Below are positions 23,518-36,063 of a DNA stretch of 64,000 nucleotides, piece by piece. The first letter of the stretch is position 1; each line of letters begins with the position of its first letter. The position numbers and the translations under genes are program-made. The notes beneath the pieces are model-generated. The model did not search any database. It was not told the origin of the DNA and saw nothing but the letters and a program-made list of their open reading frames with translations. This stretch comes from Pavona decussata (taxonomy: Eukaryota). The stretch is from positions 186,001-250,000 of the forward strand of contig CDRNST010000197.1 of assembly GCA_977016875.1 (NCBI GenBank), read 5' to 3'.

Positions 23518-26500
23518 ATCAACTACCTATAACACTGATTAACTTTTTCCATTTTTTTAAATGATAAGTTAATTTATCTCTTTTCCTGGCAATATGGAGC
23601 TCAATAGAATAAACTCTCTTCGTTTTGGCAATGAACCCCTTTTAAGGAAGGCTTGGCGTTTTGGCATTTCCGAGAATAAATATAGTATTTACCCAACAAG
23701 AGAATATGATTGATTACAGGAAAAGAGTAGGTGCTCGATGGATTCGTCCTCTTTTTGGCAGAAAGTACATAGCGGTGATTGCGTAATGCCAAACTGAAAG
23801 AGCTTTTCATTTGTAAAAACAATTCGATTTAGAACTTTGTACTGAAATTCTCTTGATTTAGAGTCCATGGACGAGCAGAAGGATAAAGAATAGACCTTCT
23901 CCCAATCGACAGCAGAGTGTGGGTATTTGTCAGACAATTTCTTTTGAGCAGTAGGCACTTCCTGCTTCTTCCCTGGAACTGGCGATAAATTTGTTTAGAA
24001 GAGACATCAAAAATTTTTAAAGAACTCCCATCAACAGTGATGGTGGGAACATCTGGAACTGGAAAAACTATTGGTAGAAATGAAGCTTCTTTTATTATCG
24101 TGCGCCAATGAACTGGGATGGAGTCAATGATACTCATCACAAAAAAACGTTGCTCAGGATTGAGCAGTAGATTCGTAAAGCTAAATGCTGTACCGTTACC
24201 CGAGATTAAATCCCCTAATTTTAAGAGGCCAATGGTAAAAAGATCCCTTCTAAAAAACGATTTTTTGTCAACACAAAGAAACTTATTGTTCCATACAATT
24301 TGATTCGCAACCTCTTGAAACGAAAGTGGTGTATTGTTGTTCATATCAGACCAGGAATCGAAGCACTTTTCATAGAAGGGCGGCAATGTTACTCTTAACT
24401 TGGTAGTATCGAAATTGCAATGAAGTACAAATTTACCACCCACAGATAACAGACGTTCATCGAGGAAGAACTTCCAAGGACTAGGATAATCTTCCAAATA
24501 TTTCTTTAAACAGGAAACACGTTTTGTACAAATCATTGAGTCAATATCGAGCATGTTTAAGCCACCACTCTCAATGGTGGAGGTGAGAACATTTCTTTTA
24601 ACTTTATCTTTGCCATTCCAGATGAAATTGAAGAAAATGGAATTCGCATTTTTTATAAGTTCTTTAGAAATAGGTATTGCTGATGCCCTGAACATAAATT
24701 TGGGAATCGCGAAGGTTTTAACTATCTGTATCCTCCCTAAAAGTGACAAGCCTCTCCATTTCCATAGATTTAAAGATTTCTTTATCGCCTTTAAAGTTTC
24801 CCTAAAATTTAAGTCGTCCCTTTCTTTATCGTTACCACCGAAATAGATTCCCAGAATTTTTATAACATTGCGAAGGTTGTGCATGTTAGATAAATCTTCC
24901 CATATAGAACTGTCACCAAAGGCTAAGGCTTCTGTCTTCTCATGATTGACTTTCAACCCCGAGCACTCCCCAAAGTCGTCGAGGAGGCGAAATAGGCTGG
25001 TATAAGACCTTTTGTCTTTCAGAAAACATGTCATATCGTCAGCGAATAAGTTGAGCTTTACATTAACTTCACCAATTTTAAAGCCTTGAATGGAATCGTC
25101 GTTTCTTATCCTAATCGCCAAGACCTCTAATGCGATTATAAAAAGATAAGGAGAGAGAGGGTCACCTTGTCTTACCCCTCTTCCTAATGAGAAAGGCCCT
25201 GTTGAAAAACCATTGTTCATCACACAACTTGAGGCATTTTTATACAGCACGCGTATCCACTGGATAAAACTAGGTCCTAAATTAAATTCGTGTAATATTC
25301 TTATTAAATAATTGAAATTAAGAGTGTCAAAAGCTTTCTCAAAGTCAACGGCTACTAAAATTCCAGACAAGCCTTTCTGTTTAGTATGCTCTATTACATC
25401 TTCTATCGTTCTGATCGCATCGAAAATCGTTCTTCCTTTGACAAACGCATTCTGATTGTAGTGAATAATTTCAGGAAGAGTCTTTTCCAAACGTTTTGCT
25501 AGAGCTTTTGACGCTATTTTCGCATCCACATTTATAAGAGATATTGGACGCCAGTTCTTTATCAATCTTTTATCCTTCCCTTTCTTTTCAATTAAGGTTA
25601 TAATAGCCTGTTTCTGTGAATTAGAAAGTTCTCCATACTCAAATGCATGATTTAAACTATCGACTAGCAATGCTCCAATAAGAGGCCAAAAGGCAATATA
25701 GAACTCTACAGTTAAACCGTCATTTCCTGGAGATTTATTCTTTTGGAAAGACCTCAACACATTATAGCACTCTCCATATCCTAGTTTTCCTTCGCAAATA
25801 TTTCTCAGATTTTCAGGCAATTTTGGAATTTGATTTGATTTGCTAATAAATGTAGATATGGCATCCGAGTTTGCACAACTATTTCCATCATAAAGACTCG
25901 AGTAATAAGACTCTAATTCATTCATAATTTTTTGGGGGTCGTGTGTCAATGATCCCTCACTTGTAAAAACTTTTCTTACGCTGGTTTTCTTTTTATTAGA
26001 ATTTTCAAGATTGAGAAAGTATTTATTGTTCCTCTCACCCATTTCGTACCAAGTCGCACGAGAGCGTATGATAGCTCCCTGTGTAATAAAGTCGTACAAG
26101 TTCTCATATTCTGCTTCTAGAGATTCCAGTTCCTCAAAATTTTGAGGAGGGGTCCTTGTCACATTTATGAGAGCATTCTTTTATACATTCCTCAACCTCT
26201 TGCAATTTTGCTTTTCTTTCGCGAGCTTTACTTTTACTATACTCAATAGTACACTGACGTATTCTATATTTAACTAAATCCCACAGAACTCGTTTATCCA
26301 AAACCTCCTTAAATTCCTCTAACCAAACATTATAATTTGCGCTAATTAGTTGACAGTAATCTGAATCGGTATCAATGTCCACTTGCAGACAATCGCTGAC
26401 CAGCCAGTAATCTAGACGTCTTTGGATAATTGGTGTTTTTTGGCGCCATGTAAGCCTTGTATCGGTAGGATTGCGAATGCGCCAAATATCTATTAAGTCG

Positions 26501-27045
26501 TGTTCTACACACATTTCTTCGACAAATTTAGCAGACTCTTTCCTCTTCTTGTTCCCTCCCCGCCCGTCTAAAACCTCGTCAAGAGTTACGTTAAAAACGC
26601 CTCCGACAATGAGATATGAATCACATTCTGCTGTCAAAGACTTAATTTCTTCTGAAATATTTTGAAAATATTGAATTTGCTCGCTGCACTTATTTGGAGC
26701 GTAAATATTCAGAAGACAATAACGCGAATCCTGTATAATTGCGTCCAACGTAATGAAACGGCCTTCAGGGTCTGTCTTAATTGTTTGCAAATTAAAATCC
26801 AAATTGTTCTTTACAAGCACCAAAACTCCTTTGTTATGGCATGTTCCATGAGAAAAAAACAAATCACCCCTCCACTGTTTCTTCCAAATATTTTCCACGT
26901 CACGAGTACTATAAGTTTCCTGCAAGAAACAAATTTCCGCGCCAGATTTACTGAGCCAATTGAATATGGCTTTCCGCTTTTCAAAGGTACGAATCCCTCG
27001 AACATTTAAGGACAATAATTTAAAATTAACATTGCTAGGCCCCAT
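23518..27045 (-). pseudogene. L1/Tx1 ORF2 (EN-RT-zinc knuckle), frameshifted
   Basis: Split across track ORFs 26134..27066, 23829..26162, 23689..23958 and 23601..23822. The end of the EN domain appears deleted (DIDT/DSDY junction). Confidence 0.88.
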
Positions 27046-27486
27046 GTGACTGAGAGAAAAAGACAATAGTACAATGGAAAAAGCTGAACAAAAAAAAAAC
27101 AGTTTTGTTTAAAAAATACTAATGAAGTAACAATGACAACTAAGAATTGAGGATGTAAATCAGATTTTGACACGTCCAAATAGCCATCAGCGAAAACAAG
27201 AGAAAAAAACGCAAACAGAAACAATATACGTAAACAATTGCACAAGGAAACAAAATTTAAATTTAAATTTAAGAGGGCAACAAAGAAAAATATCCCGAGT
27301 GCTGCCCTTGAGAGTGGAACTCGTATCGAATAAGAAAGCCTGACCAGTCTTGGCCGCTTAATCAGCTAGGCCGGTAAAGGCTCCACTGCACCTTATTATA
27401 GTATTATAATAGAGTAGACTGAAACGCAGCTTATCTAAAGAATAATTCTAAATAGCATAATATTCAAACAATAAACAGTTCAAAGT

Positions 27487-28376
27487 TTATGAAACAACCT
27501 TTCCGTTAATTATTAGCTTGTCGGGTTCTGATTTACTAAAGGATACCCTTAGCCCTTTCTCCTTGGCTTCTTTGAGCTTTGGCATCTTCTTGCGCCTCTT
27601 CTCGATTATTATTTGTGGAAAATCTTGAAGTATCATATATTCAGTGTCTTTTAGTTCGAAGCCTTGGCTGAGAATTCTTTCTCGATCTTGGAACCGCAAA
27701 AAGCGTGCAAGAATTGGCCTGGGTTTACCATTGATGGACTTACCGACCCGGTGTACGCGCTGGATCTCTATAGTGTTACTTGGGTCATGGAAGCCGAGCG
27801 CCGTTTCCAAAAAATGGTTTAGGACCGTCCTTGTGTCAAGGGCTTCACCGCCTTCTACAGCGTTGACTTCTTTCTCTGGAATGCCAAAGAACTTCAGGTT
27901 TTCACGCCGACTGTACGATTCAAGATAGAGATGCTTCATGTGTAGCTCGTTGATCTGCTTTTCCTTTTCCGTGAGTTTACCTCGCAGCGCGGATACTTCG
28001 TCATTTAAATTAGTGAGCCCAGCGTCCATTGTGTCGATCTTCGAATCCATCTTGCGTGTCTCACTTTCCAATTTCTCCACAGTCGTTTCTGTCCTGGCAA
28101 GTCTAGAAGAAATGTCCCTCAAGATAGATCAATGGCATCCAGTTTCTCTCGTTTCTTTAGAGTCATATCCAGTACTGGTTTAATGTCCTGGTTATCCGGT
28201 GTGTTTGTCATATCGCGAACCGTTTCTTCTTCGATCTCAGCGACTTCAATTTCACACCTTCCGAGGTCGCTTTTCTTAGTTTTGGAACGTTTATCTTTCG
28301 GTGAACTCGATTCTGTGGAACTCGTACTACTTCTCTCGGATCTAGTGCGCTTTGATGATATATTTGTCTTTTCCAT
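27487..28376 (-). pseudogene. L1/Tx1 ORF1 RNA-binding protein, one frameshift near 28125
   Basis: Track ORFs 28119..28523 (from MEKTN) and 27487..28122 join into a basic N-terminus, coiled-coil, RRM and CTD. Confidence 0.8.
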
Positions 28377-28550
28377 TAAAAGGCTACGCTCAAAAATTAA
28401 AAAAAGGCCGCGTCGGGGCGGAGCCTTGCAAGACACGACTATTTGGCAGCCATGCTCGTTCCATGCTCGTTTCTCTACGTTACATTGCTGTTGAATTATA
28501 TTGCCAATGATTATGGTGTTCACTCATAACTTATTTTTCCTTTCTGATAG

Positions 28551-28996
28551 TGTACGATTCAGATGGGGACATCAGAGTAAAGCGGGGACAAAAAGTTACT
28601 AAACTGGAAATTACCGTTCGCCGATCCAAAGGTTCCCAAGGTGACATCACAGTGCATTGGTCTCTGTATCACACTGATGACTCGTCAGAGAGCGCTGATC
28701 TTATATGGCCATCATCTGGGACAGTGTCCATGACTGACGGCCAGTGGAGTGAATCGTTCATTGTAAATGTCGCCAACAACAGAAAGGAAGTGCCCGAAAG
28801 CGTGGTCTTTGTGCAACTCGAAGATGCCACGGGTGGGGCTTTGTTAGCTTCCAGGGACGAGACAACCGCAATGATCGTGATTGCTTCGAACATGAGGAAC
28901 GACCATGGTGCGTTGATTATCACTGAGGTCAGCGTTTGTGATTGCACTACTAACAGTTTCCGTTGTCGTGAATGCACAAAGAAGGAAAAGAAGACG
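28551..28996 (+). CDS. Giant protein exon: Calx-beta domain plus transmembrane helix (frameshift at ~28917-28935)
   Basis: Acceptor tttctgatag|TG matches phase 1. Calx-beta signature TVRRSKGSQGDITVHW...SGTVSMTDGQ...F-x-V-x-V...VFVQL-x-DATGGALL...TAMIVI. The +1 frame reads AFVIALLTVSVVVNAQRRKRRR. Donor CG|GTAAGT. Confidence 0.8.
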
Positions 28997-29438
28997 GTAA
29001 GTATCGGGTATTTAAGATTTGCAAAACCATATAAACTTACACCGAACACGCTAAGATAAGAACAGAAACATGAAGAGTGTATCATCCAATCAATGGCTCA
29101 TAACTTTTCAAAGTTTCCGGAAGAAATTCATGCATCCTTGTCCATTTTCCCATCTGAATTTTAGTTTCACCAAAAACTTTTTGTCAATCTATAAGATAGG
29201 TGTGGGCCTAAGCAGAGTACCACGGGCAAAACAGATACCGTCATTCTTCATTTATCGTCATGTGGCATCAGATGACGGCCTTGCCACAATGCAGTGAGCA
29301 TTGGTAAAAATTACTAGACCCTTTGCTTACGTCATCGTCAAAGAAAGAACGCCTCAGTTTAACTTGCATTGCGTGCTATCTTGTACAATACTGGTTATTG
29401 CATTAGAAAAAGACTCAGTTTTCATTGTCTGTTTTCAG

Positions 29439-29488
29439 AGTTATCAGGCAGAAACAGGCACCAAACCAAGAATTTGAGATGTCACCTC
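29439..29488 (+). CDS. Giant protein cytoplasmic-tail exon (RVIRQKQAPNQEFEMSP)
   Basis: Acceptor gttttcag|A, donor C|GTAAGT. Open in the TM (+1) frame; the unshifted frame hits TGA. Confidence 0.65.
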
Positions 29489-29812
29489 GTAAGTAGAGAT
29501 GTTCTTCAACTTGTATTGCAAAAAAGCAATCTGCCGCCTTTTTAATGTGAGCAAAGTGTTAAAATTTATAATCAACGCTAAGGTTTTCTATCTCTCTCTC
29601 AGTTTCTGTTATAATATTTAATTGTCATGCGTCCTAGTGTGATCGATATCGGATGAGTAAACTTCCTCAGCAAAAACGCAGGAAATATTTTGCATGAAGT
29701 CTCCTCCTATTGCCTTAGTGTCGTATGCAGAATTGCTTCCAAGTAAGAGAATTTATGTGCTCAAGATTTGACTAACCCACTCCCCGTTTTGTTTTTTAGT
29801 TCTTTCTCATAG

Positions 29813-29874
29813 GACTGGAACTGGTCATGAGGCTGCACGATCCTGAAGACCCTGAAAACAATGCTTTTGACTAA
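29813..29874 (+). CDS. Probable terminal coding exon (...LELVMRLHDPEDPENNAFD*)
   Basis: Pyrimidine tract then catag|GA, phase 1 compatible. An alternative acceptor at 29799 and a possible extra exon at ~29671-29742 cannot be excluded. Confidence 0.4.
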
Positions 29875-32800
29875 AAGAGAAGTTAAAAACGTTTACCTTT
29901 GCTTGATAAAAGGCACATTACTCATCTTTAATTATAGTGAAGTTAAGGTTGTAGTTTTGGCAAAAGCGATAATAACAGTTTAGGTTTGAGTGAATTGAAC
30001 TAACACCTAAGATATAGCCAAACGCTTACATAAATGCATGGCAATCATTTGCTAGTGTTTATAGTGTACGTCCGTACGCTGGCGTGACACTCGGTAACAT
30101 TTATAATCAGTAAAGTGATGATATTTTACCTAAACTTGGACTAAAAGGCTGCATGCTATTTACATGGCCTTTTCGTAGTTATAGTATTTTTAAAACCGTT
30201 AAGTTTTCATTTCAATTTATACCATGATTACCAAGGCAATTACAACATAGAGCAAGCAAGCTAGAATAAATAATTGTTTTTGGAGCCTGTAGCTGTTGAA
30301 GGCATAAAGTTAAGCTGCTTTGTTCGTATTTTTAGCATTAAACTTGTTTGGTAACATTGTACAGCTAATTTTGTATCAGTATCTCATGTTTTGAGTAAAA
30401 AAGTTTTTAAATATATCTTTGCACTATTATGGAATCCATTTTTCTTGACGAATGTCACGTTCGAATGTAGTTTATAGGTAAAACTGCAGGATTTAAGTCC
30501 ACTCTTGGCCTGTGGTACGCGCTCCAGAGGCGAATGGCGCCAAGAATTGATGTGTGTGATAAAGAGCCAATAGTCAATAGTAGGGACCTTACTAAGCCTT
30601 TCAATAACATGCGTACTCTAAAGCTTAAGATTCAACTAGCCGTTACCGTTTTCGCTGCCGTCAATCGCTGAGGTGGACCTCAGTAGGAAAACTAAACGTT
30701 TGGCTCAACGGAGTCCAAAGGTCATATTGCTGTTCTGTGATTGCCGGTTTCGATCCACCTTGTCGGTTTCTGTATAATTCTCCATAATTCTCTCCACCTA
30801 ATGACTTTTTCACAAGCGGACATACTTGTGCTCCTAGTTGAACACTATCTATCAGACAAAAAAAGATAAGAGACTGCTTTCTGGAATGTTTGATGTAGCT
30901 AACAGAACTACCTGTTCCTGGGATAATGGTCTAACCCATGTGAACGAACCCGGTATTTTGGAAGGGAGCTCTCGGGGAGATCACGGACACATGTACATTG
31001 CCTGACTGCGCAAGTTCAACATTTGCATTCAAAGATTTTTCCCAGGGATTGATGGATCTTCAGGACGACTTTTCCGTATGTCCACTCCCTCCCCCCCTCC
31101 CTCCATTCCTCCCTCTCTCCCTCCCTCCCTCCCTCACTTCCCACATTTAACTACATGTCCAATATAGATAAACGGATGAGGTCTGTTAAAACAACTTTAC
31201 AATACGATGTGTACAGACTGTAAAAGTAGAAGTCGGTCCGTTAATGATATGTACCTCGTTAATCGTTATTGCCAGTGAACGTTTTACGATCCATACTGTC
31301 TGCACAGCTACGGACTGTAAAAGAAAAATTCGTTCTGATCTCGGTCCGTTAATAATATACATTTGTCATTTTGACCATCCTTAGTACTTAAAGTCGCTCA
31401 CTATTTTCCCTTATCTCCTTTAATTTCATTTAACCGATCACCGATTTGTTGTTGTTCACTACCTATAAAAAGGCTGACGTCGTGCAACCAAGTTGTAGTT
31501 TACTATGGTTAAGGCGTACATGGGACCGCTACGATTTTTCGCACTGAGGCATACATTCTTCACGAATCCGAATTATTTATAAAAATCAAGCGATAATAAT
31601 CAAACTGGCGGGAAAACTTGAACTGCTGACGCATCAACAGCTTTTACCGATTCCAGCGCATTTTGCGAGATTCAGCGCATTCTGGAGAAAGCTCGCAAAT
31701 GCGAGATTTTTGCTAAGTTTCTCCTACTAATCCTGATTGAGATTTAACGTAAGCATCATGTAGAATTATGAGAGGTCCCTTAGTCTACATGATGTTCAAA
31801 TAATCCCAACAGCGTTAAACAGGGTCCCGCACTATAAAAGGGATAGCTCATACTTTTGTCACATAGCTGACCGCTTCAACGTCACATTAGGGATAGCGAA
31901 CATAGTGAGCAAGCAGGAAGTTACCGTTGTGGAACCGATATTTCAAGAGATAAAGCCAAATATGTGTGTTGAAAAAATAGCCTAAGCTATTAAAAGAACA
32001 TTTTGAATTTAACAATTTAAAAGCAAATTAGCAAATCTCTAACTTTTTCACGAGGTTAATTCACAGATAAATTTCAAATTTATTCTATCAATATTCTATT
32101 GCATCTTGCCGCATGGATTCTGCGATGTTCACAACTCAGTGTCTACGATGAAATGACCGGCGGCTTGGTTATGCCAAGGTTGCTTTTATGTCGCTGGTCC
32201 GTCTTCAATGTTCAAATATCTCTGTGCGTTATTGTTTGACACTTCCCTGTCCTGGTTCTTTAACAAAAAATAAAGACGAGACATTACTCGCACTGTTATA
32301 TTATACATGACCACTGTAGCAAAGTGATAGAGCGTTTTGAAGAAGTGTACAGCTTTACACGCTTTACTTCGTCAAATCATGTAAGTGGCACCCGTAGTCC
32401 ATCAGCTAAAAGTTGTATGGCTCCCTTAAGAGGAACAAACGAAACTTAGCTAATCTTAACCTTTGACTATTAAGCAACGTAAAAATGTATGATAGTTCTA
32501 ATGCTTTGTGAAGCATAATAGCGTGATATTCATATCTAATACTAAAGAAAAGATTTATTTTTATTTTTCAGCCCGATTCTCAGCTGCATTGTAGGCACAC
32601 AAACCTCTAGTTTATTCATAAATCACCAGCAGGGGGGTGGGAGGGGGAAGGGCTGGCAGCGAGGCCTGGAACCGTCAGTCAATACGTAAAATCATTCCAA
32701 ATACTTAATCTTTCTTCTACTGGGTCGTGACTTGTGTTATCCGCTCTTTGAACAAAAATCAATCAAATTCCCTAATTCCCTCCAGCGTAGGGAGCTGTTT

Positions 32801-34864
32801 TTTACGTACAAAAAACGACAAAAACACGGGTATGGATAACATAAGTTTTACTTCAATATGGATTATCTTACAATGATGTTGTTAATTACTGAACAGCTTT
32901 TAACATTCATTTACAATCAGAGGGAATCAAAGATTGCGATCCTACTCTTACGGGGCGGAACTCTGGATCATCAGTAAAACAATGTTAGCAGAAAAGCTAA
33001 ATTACCACTTGGCTAAACGTTCCTACAGCTAGTTCTTATAGCTTCCTCGTGATATTGTAGTAAGGTACTATAGCTATCTGTGCCTACTGTATCTGTCTAT
33101 CTACCTATCTGTATCTACTGTAGTTCTAAGTGTTCTTGCGCTGCTCAGAATCGTTATAAATGCAATGCAATTGCGCTCACCAACTTACACTAAACTTTAT
33201 CTTAATCTTATACTTAAACATAATCGACAATAGAAATACTTAATTGCAAATACACTAATTTTCAATCAATTCAAACTAAGAAAGAAACAAAATTTAATCT
33301 CAACGTTGTAAGTACTTCCCATGCTAACTTTAACATTCCCTATATAATAAAATAGCTACATACTGGTGATAAGCAACTGCAAATGACACTGACTTAAGCT
33401 TATCTATAACGAGCTCGCGAAAAACCTACCACTGGCGTAAATCGCTGGGTCAACGAACAACAAACAACTTGCCACCTTAGCAACTGCAATGACTGCGCTG
33501 AAAAAAAGAGCAGCGCTGTTACATCTGCCTACATTCCTATTTCATAAAATGGCCGATCGAACAGCCTTAAAAAGACTCATGGTTGATATTCAATTTATTT
33601 GTTCAGACACGAAGATTACAACTGAGTAACATGACTCCTACAAATTCGCTGTCACGGAGCACCTCAAGTAGTAGCCTTAAATAATCTTCGAAGATAGGCC
33701 TTACGTTGATCGACAAAGAGATCTGTAATTAGCCTCTAGATGAACCTGACCTTATGAGTCTTATTGCTGGGAAATCTCACGTAAGCTCGAACAAACTGGT
33801 AACAAGGTAGAATCGACACTAAGAAAAGCTAAAAAGTCGGATGAAGTTTAATTAGAAGTCTACCAATTAATTTCAGTGACAAGCGATTACCTGGTCCCCC
33901 TCCCAATCTCATTGACCCAATTTGGACACCTCGGTACATTCAAAACCGCCACAATATCAGCGCTTGCTATCTCATTTAAAAGAGCAATGTCACCTATTTA
34001 TAGTGTCGCTTCGAAAAGCCCAAAAAGTTATCTTTATCAAACGTTTAAGGGGGTACTAACTCAACTACCATATTGTTCCTGTGGAAAGTAAACATTAACT
34101 TCAACAGAGAAGTTGTTTGGACAATTTTTTTCTATTTGAAAGGTTTTCAAGATTTTCGAGTCACAACCATATTTGACAAGTCGCGTAACCAAAACAGAAA
34201 AAGGCGTAAAACTTAAACGGTGAACACGGAAAAATTGAAAACATTGCCAATAGTTAAAGATCGTCAGAACGAGACGTAACAATTTTTCGAAATTTGAATT
34301 TTATAAAAGTTATGACGTCATAAACACGCATATTTACCCACTTTCTTCAGTAGCAGTTATATTATTTTCAAAAACAGTAAACGCTTACGTTAGGTTATAA
34401 CAGGCTCTAGTTTGATCTTCCTCTAGTAAGCACCTAAGGACGTTCGCGCGGAAAATCGATACATTCCTTTTTTGGTAAAACTTTTGCTGTAGCTGGGTAA
34501 TCAGTTAGTCGTGTTAGAAATGCCAAAAATTGGGGAGGGGGAGGGGGGGACCACTGACTTTGCTCCGAAGGTATATCTAAAAAATCACCCCAGTTTGAAA
34601 AAATTGGTCTCCTTATATCCATATGACCCCACTGTCTGTTAGTGTAACAATTTCTTTCATTCGTGCTACTTCAGGATTATTTCAAAGCGTTCAAATTTTA
34701 CGGAAACTAATCTCTCGTAAAAGAGGGGAAGAGGTCACGAATCATTCGAGAGAGTTAAGTCCAATCAAAGTAACCCAACGGCTACAAGAACTATATGTGG
34801 TTAGATTTCTGAGTATGAGCGCACGCTCGTGCATGACATAGCTTGACATTACGACGTGAATTAA

Positions 34865-35083
34865 GGACGGTGCCTACTAATACCGAAGTATTTTTGCGCC
34901 ATTTTTGACTATGCGGGAAAAGCAGACTTTAGCTAGGGCTATTGGAATCCAAATAAGAAATTGGGGGTGGCCACGCTTTTTTTCAGAGATACTGAAGCAA
35001 CAATTATTCAATAAAGTAGTAAAATAGAAAGCAATGTATGGCGTTTTTATCATATTGAAGGTTTGTTATCTCTGAAAAATGCG

Positions 35084-35116
<33 letters not shown>

Positions 35117-35257
35117 GCCACTTGCTAAGTTTTGCTTTGTTTGCATAGTTTTAAACCGCGCAAAAATATCCCCATGTTATTTGGCACCACCCATAGGAAA
35201 ACCGAGTATCTCGAGATGCGCAGAACATATGCGCAGTAACAAAAGTAGGCACCGTCC
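34865..35257. mobile_element. MITE with TTAA TSD and GG termini (Kolobok-like)
   Basis: TTAA|GGACGGTGCCTACT ... AGTAGGCACCGTCC|TTAA, perfect 14-bp TIR. Confidence 0.85.
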
Positions 35258-35482
35258 TTAAGTGCGCGGTAAGGATGCGCAAACACAATTAGCCCGTACG
35301 TCCCCAATATTTTCTTCTTGGAGCGCTGAGAGCTTTTACGTGTTCGAGCAAAAGTACTTTGTCAATTTGTTTTGTAGTTTGACCAAAACACAGCCATTAC
35401 CCTATGACAGTGCCCATTTAATCCCTGGCAATGATCTAACACGCTAGAATTTACGTTAAAGGAAAGTCTAGTTCAACTTTAA

Positions 35483-35961
35483 CCCTTTCACTCCCATGGG
35501 AAATGTCGTATTTTTGTAAAATGGCAACTGTGAACCCCTACACCAACTGTAATACACCAATTAAAAGGTTTTATCTGGGGCATTTTATAAATCATTCCAG
35601 CTAAGACAAAGGAAGTAACAGAAGAGAATTAAAAGTGTTTAAAACGAGAAAATATAAACCTTAAAATACATCTCACTTCTCGTATACACTGGGTATACCC
35701 CTAAACTATAGCTTAATTTGCAGATCTCAGCGCATAGTTTCTTGTCAAATGGTGACTTGGTCTTAAAAGTGTAAGAGGAAAAAGTTACAAAAAATGGAGG
35801 GGTGGTTAATCATGTCTTATGTAGGAGGGGGGTAAGATTTTATGCTTCCGTTGTGCAGATCTCTCCAAGGTCTGTTTGGTGTCCAAATTTGATACAAATT
35901 GACCCAATATTGGGCACGTAATGACTTTTTGTGCCATATGGCACTCTTGGGAGTGAGAGGG
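35483..35961. mobile_element. piggyBac-type MITE
   Basis: TTAA|CCCTTTCACTCCCA ... TGGGAGTGAGAGGG|TTAA (TIR with 1 mismatch). Confidence 0.85.
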
Positions 35962-36063
35962 TTAAGTTTCCCAGCTAATCACTACTTTAAATTTCTTAGA
36001 TTCTCTTATGACAACAACAAAACCATCATTCTTCAGGGAAAGAGACCCACTTCGCTTTTAAAT

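Larger units (their letters stand above)
23445..28460 (-). mobile_element. Near full-length L1/Tx1-clade LINE (ORF1 + ORF2), decayed, antisense in the 9.7-kb intron
   Basis: ORF1 coiled-coil/RRM (YSRRENLKFFGIPE, RVHRVG, RPILARF). APE endonuclease (SLNVRG, LQET, NIYAP, IDIWR). RT (KSPGNDG, WRPISL, GVRQGDPLSP, LFADD). C-terminal CxxC...ESIEHLLFSC. Confidence 0.92.

Noticed and set aside
30820-31080. Exon-like stretch ending in a GTATGT donor
   Set aside because: Stops or frameshifts in each frame, no recognisable domain and no partner exon.
31509-32448. Possible TTAA-flanked transposon
   Set aside because: The putative termini match too poorly to call a TIR.
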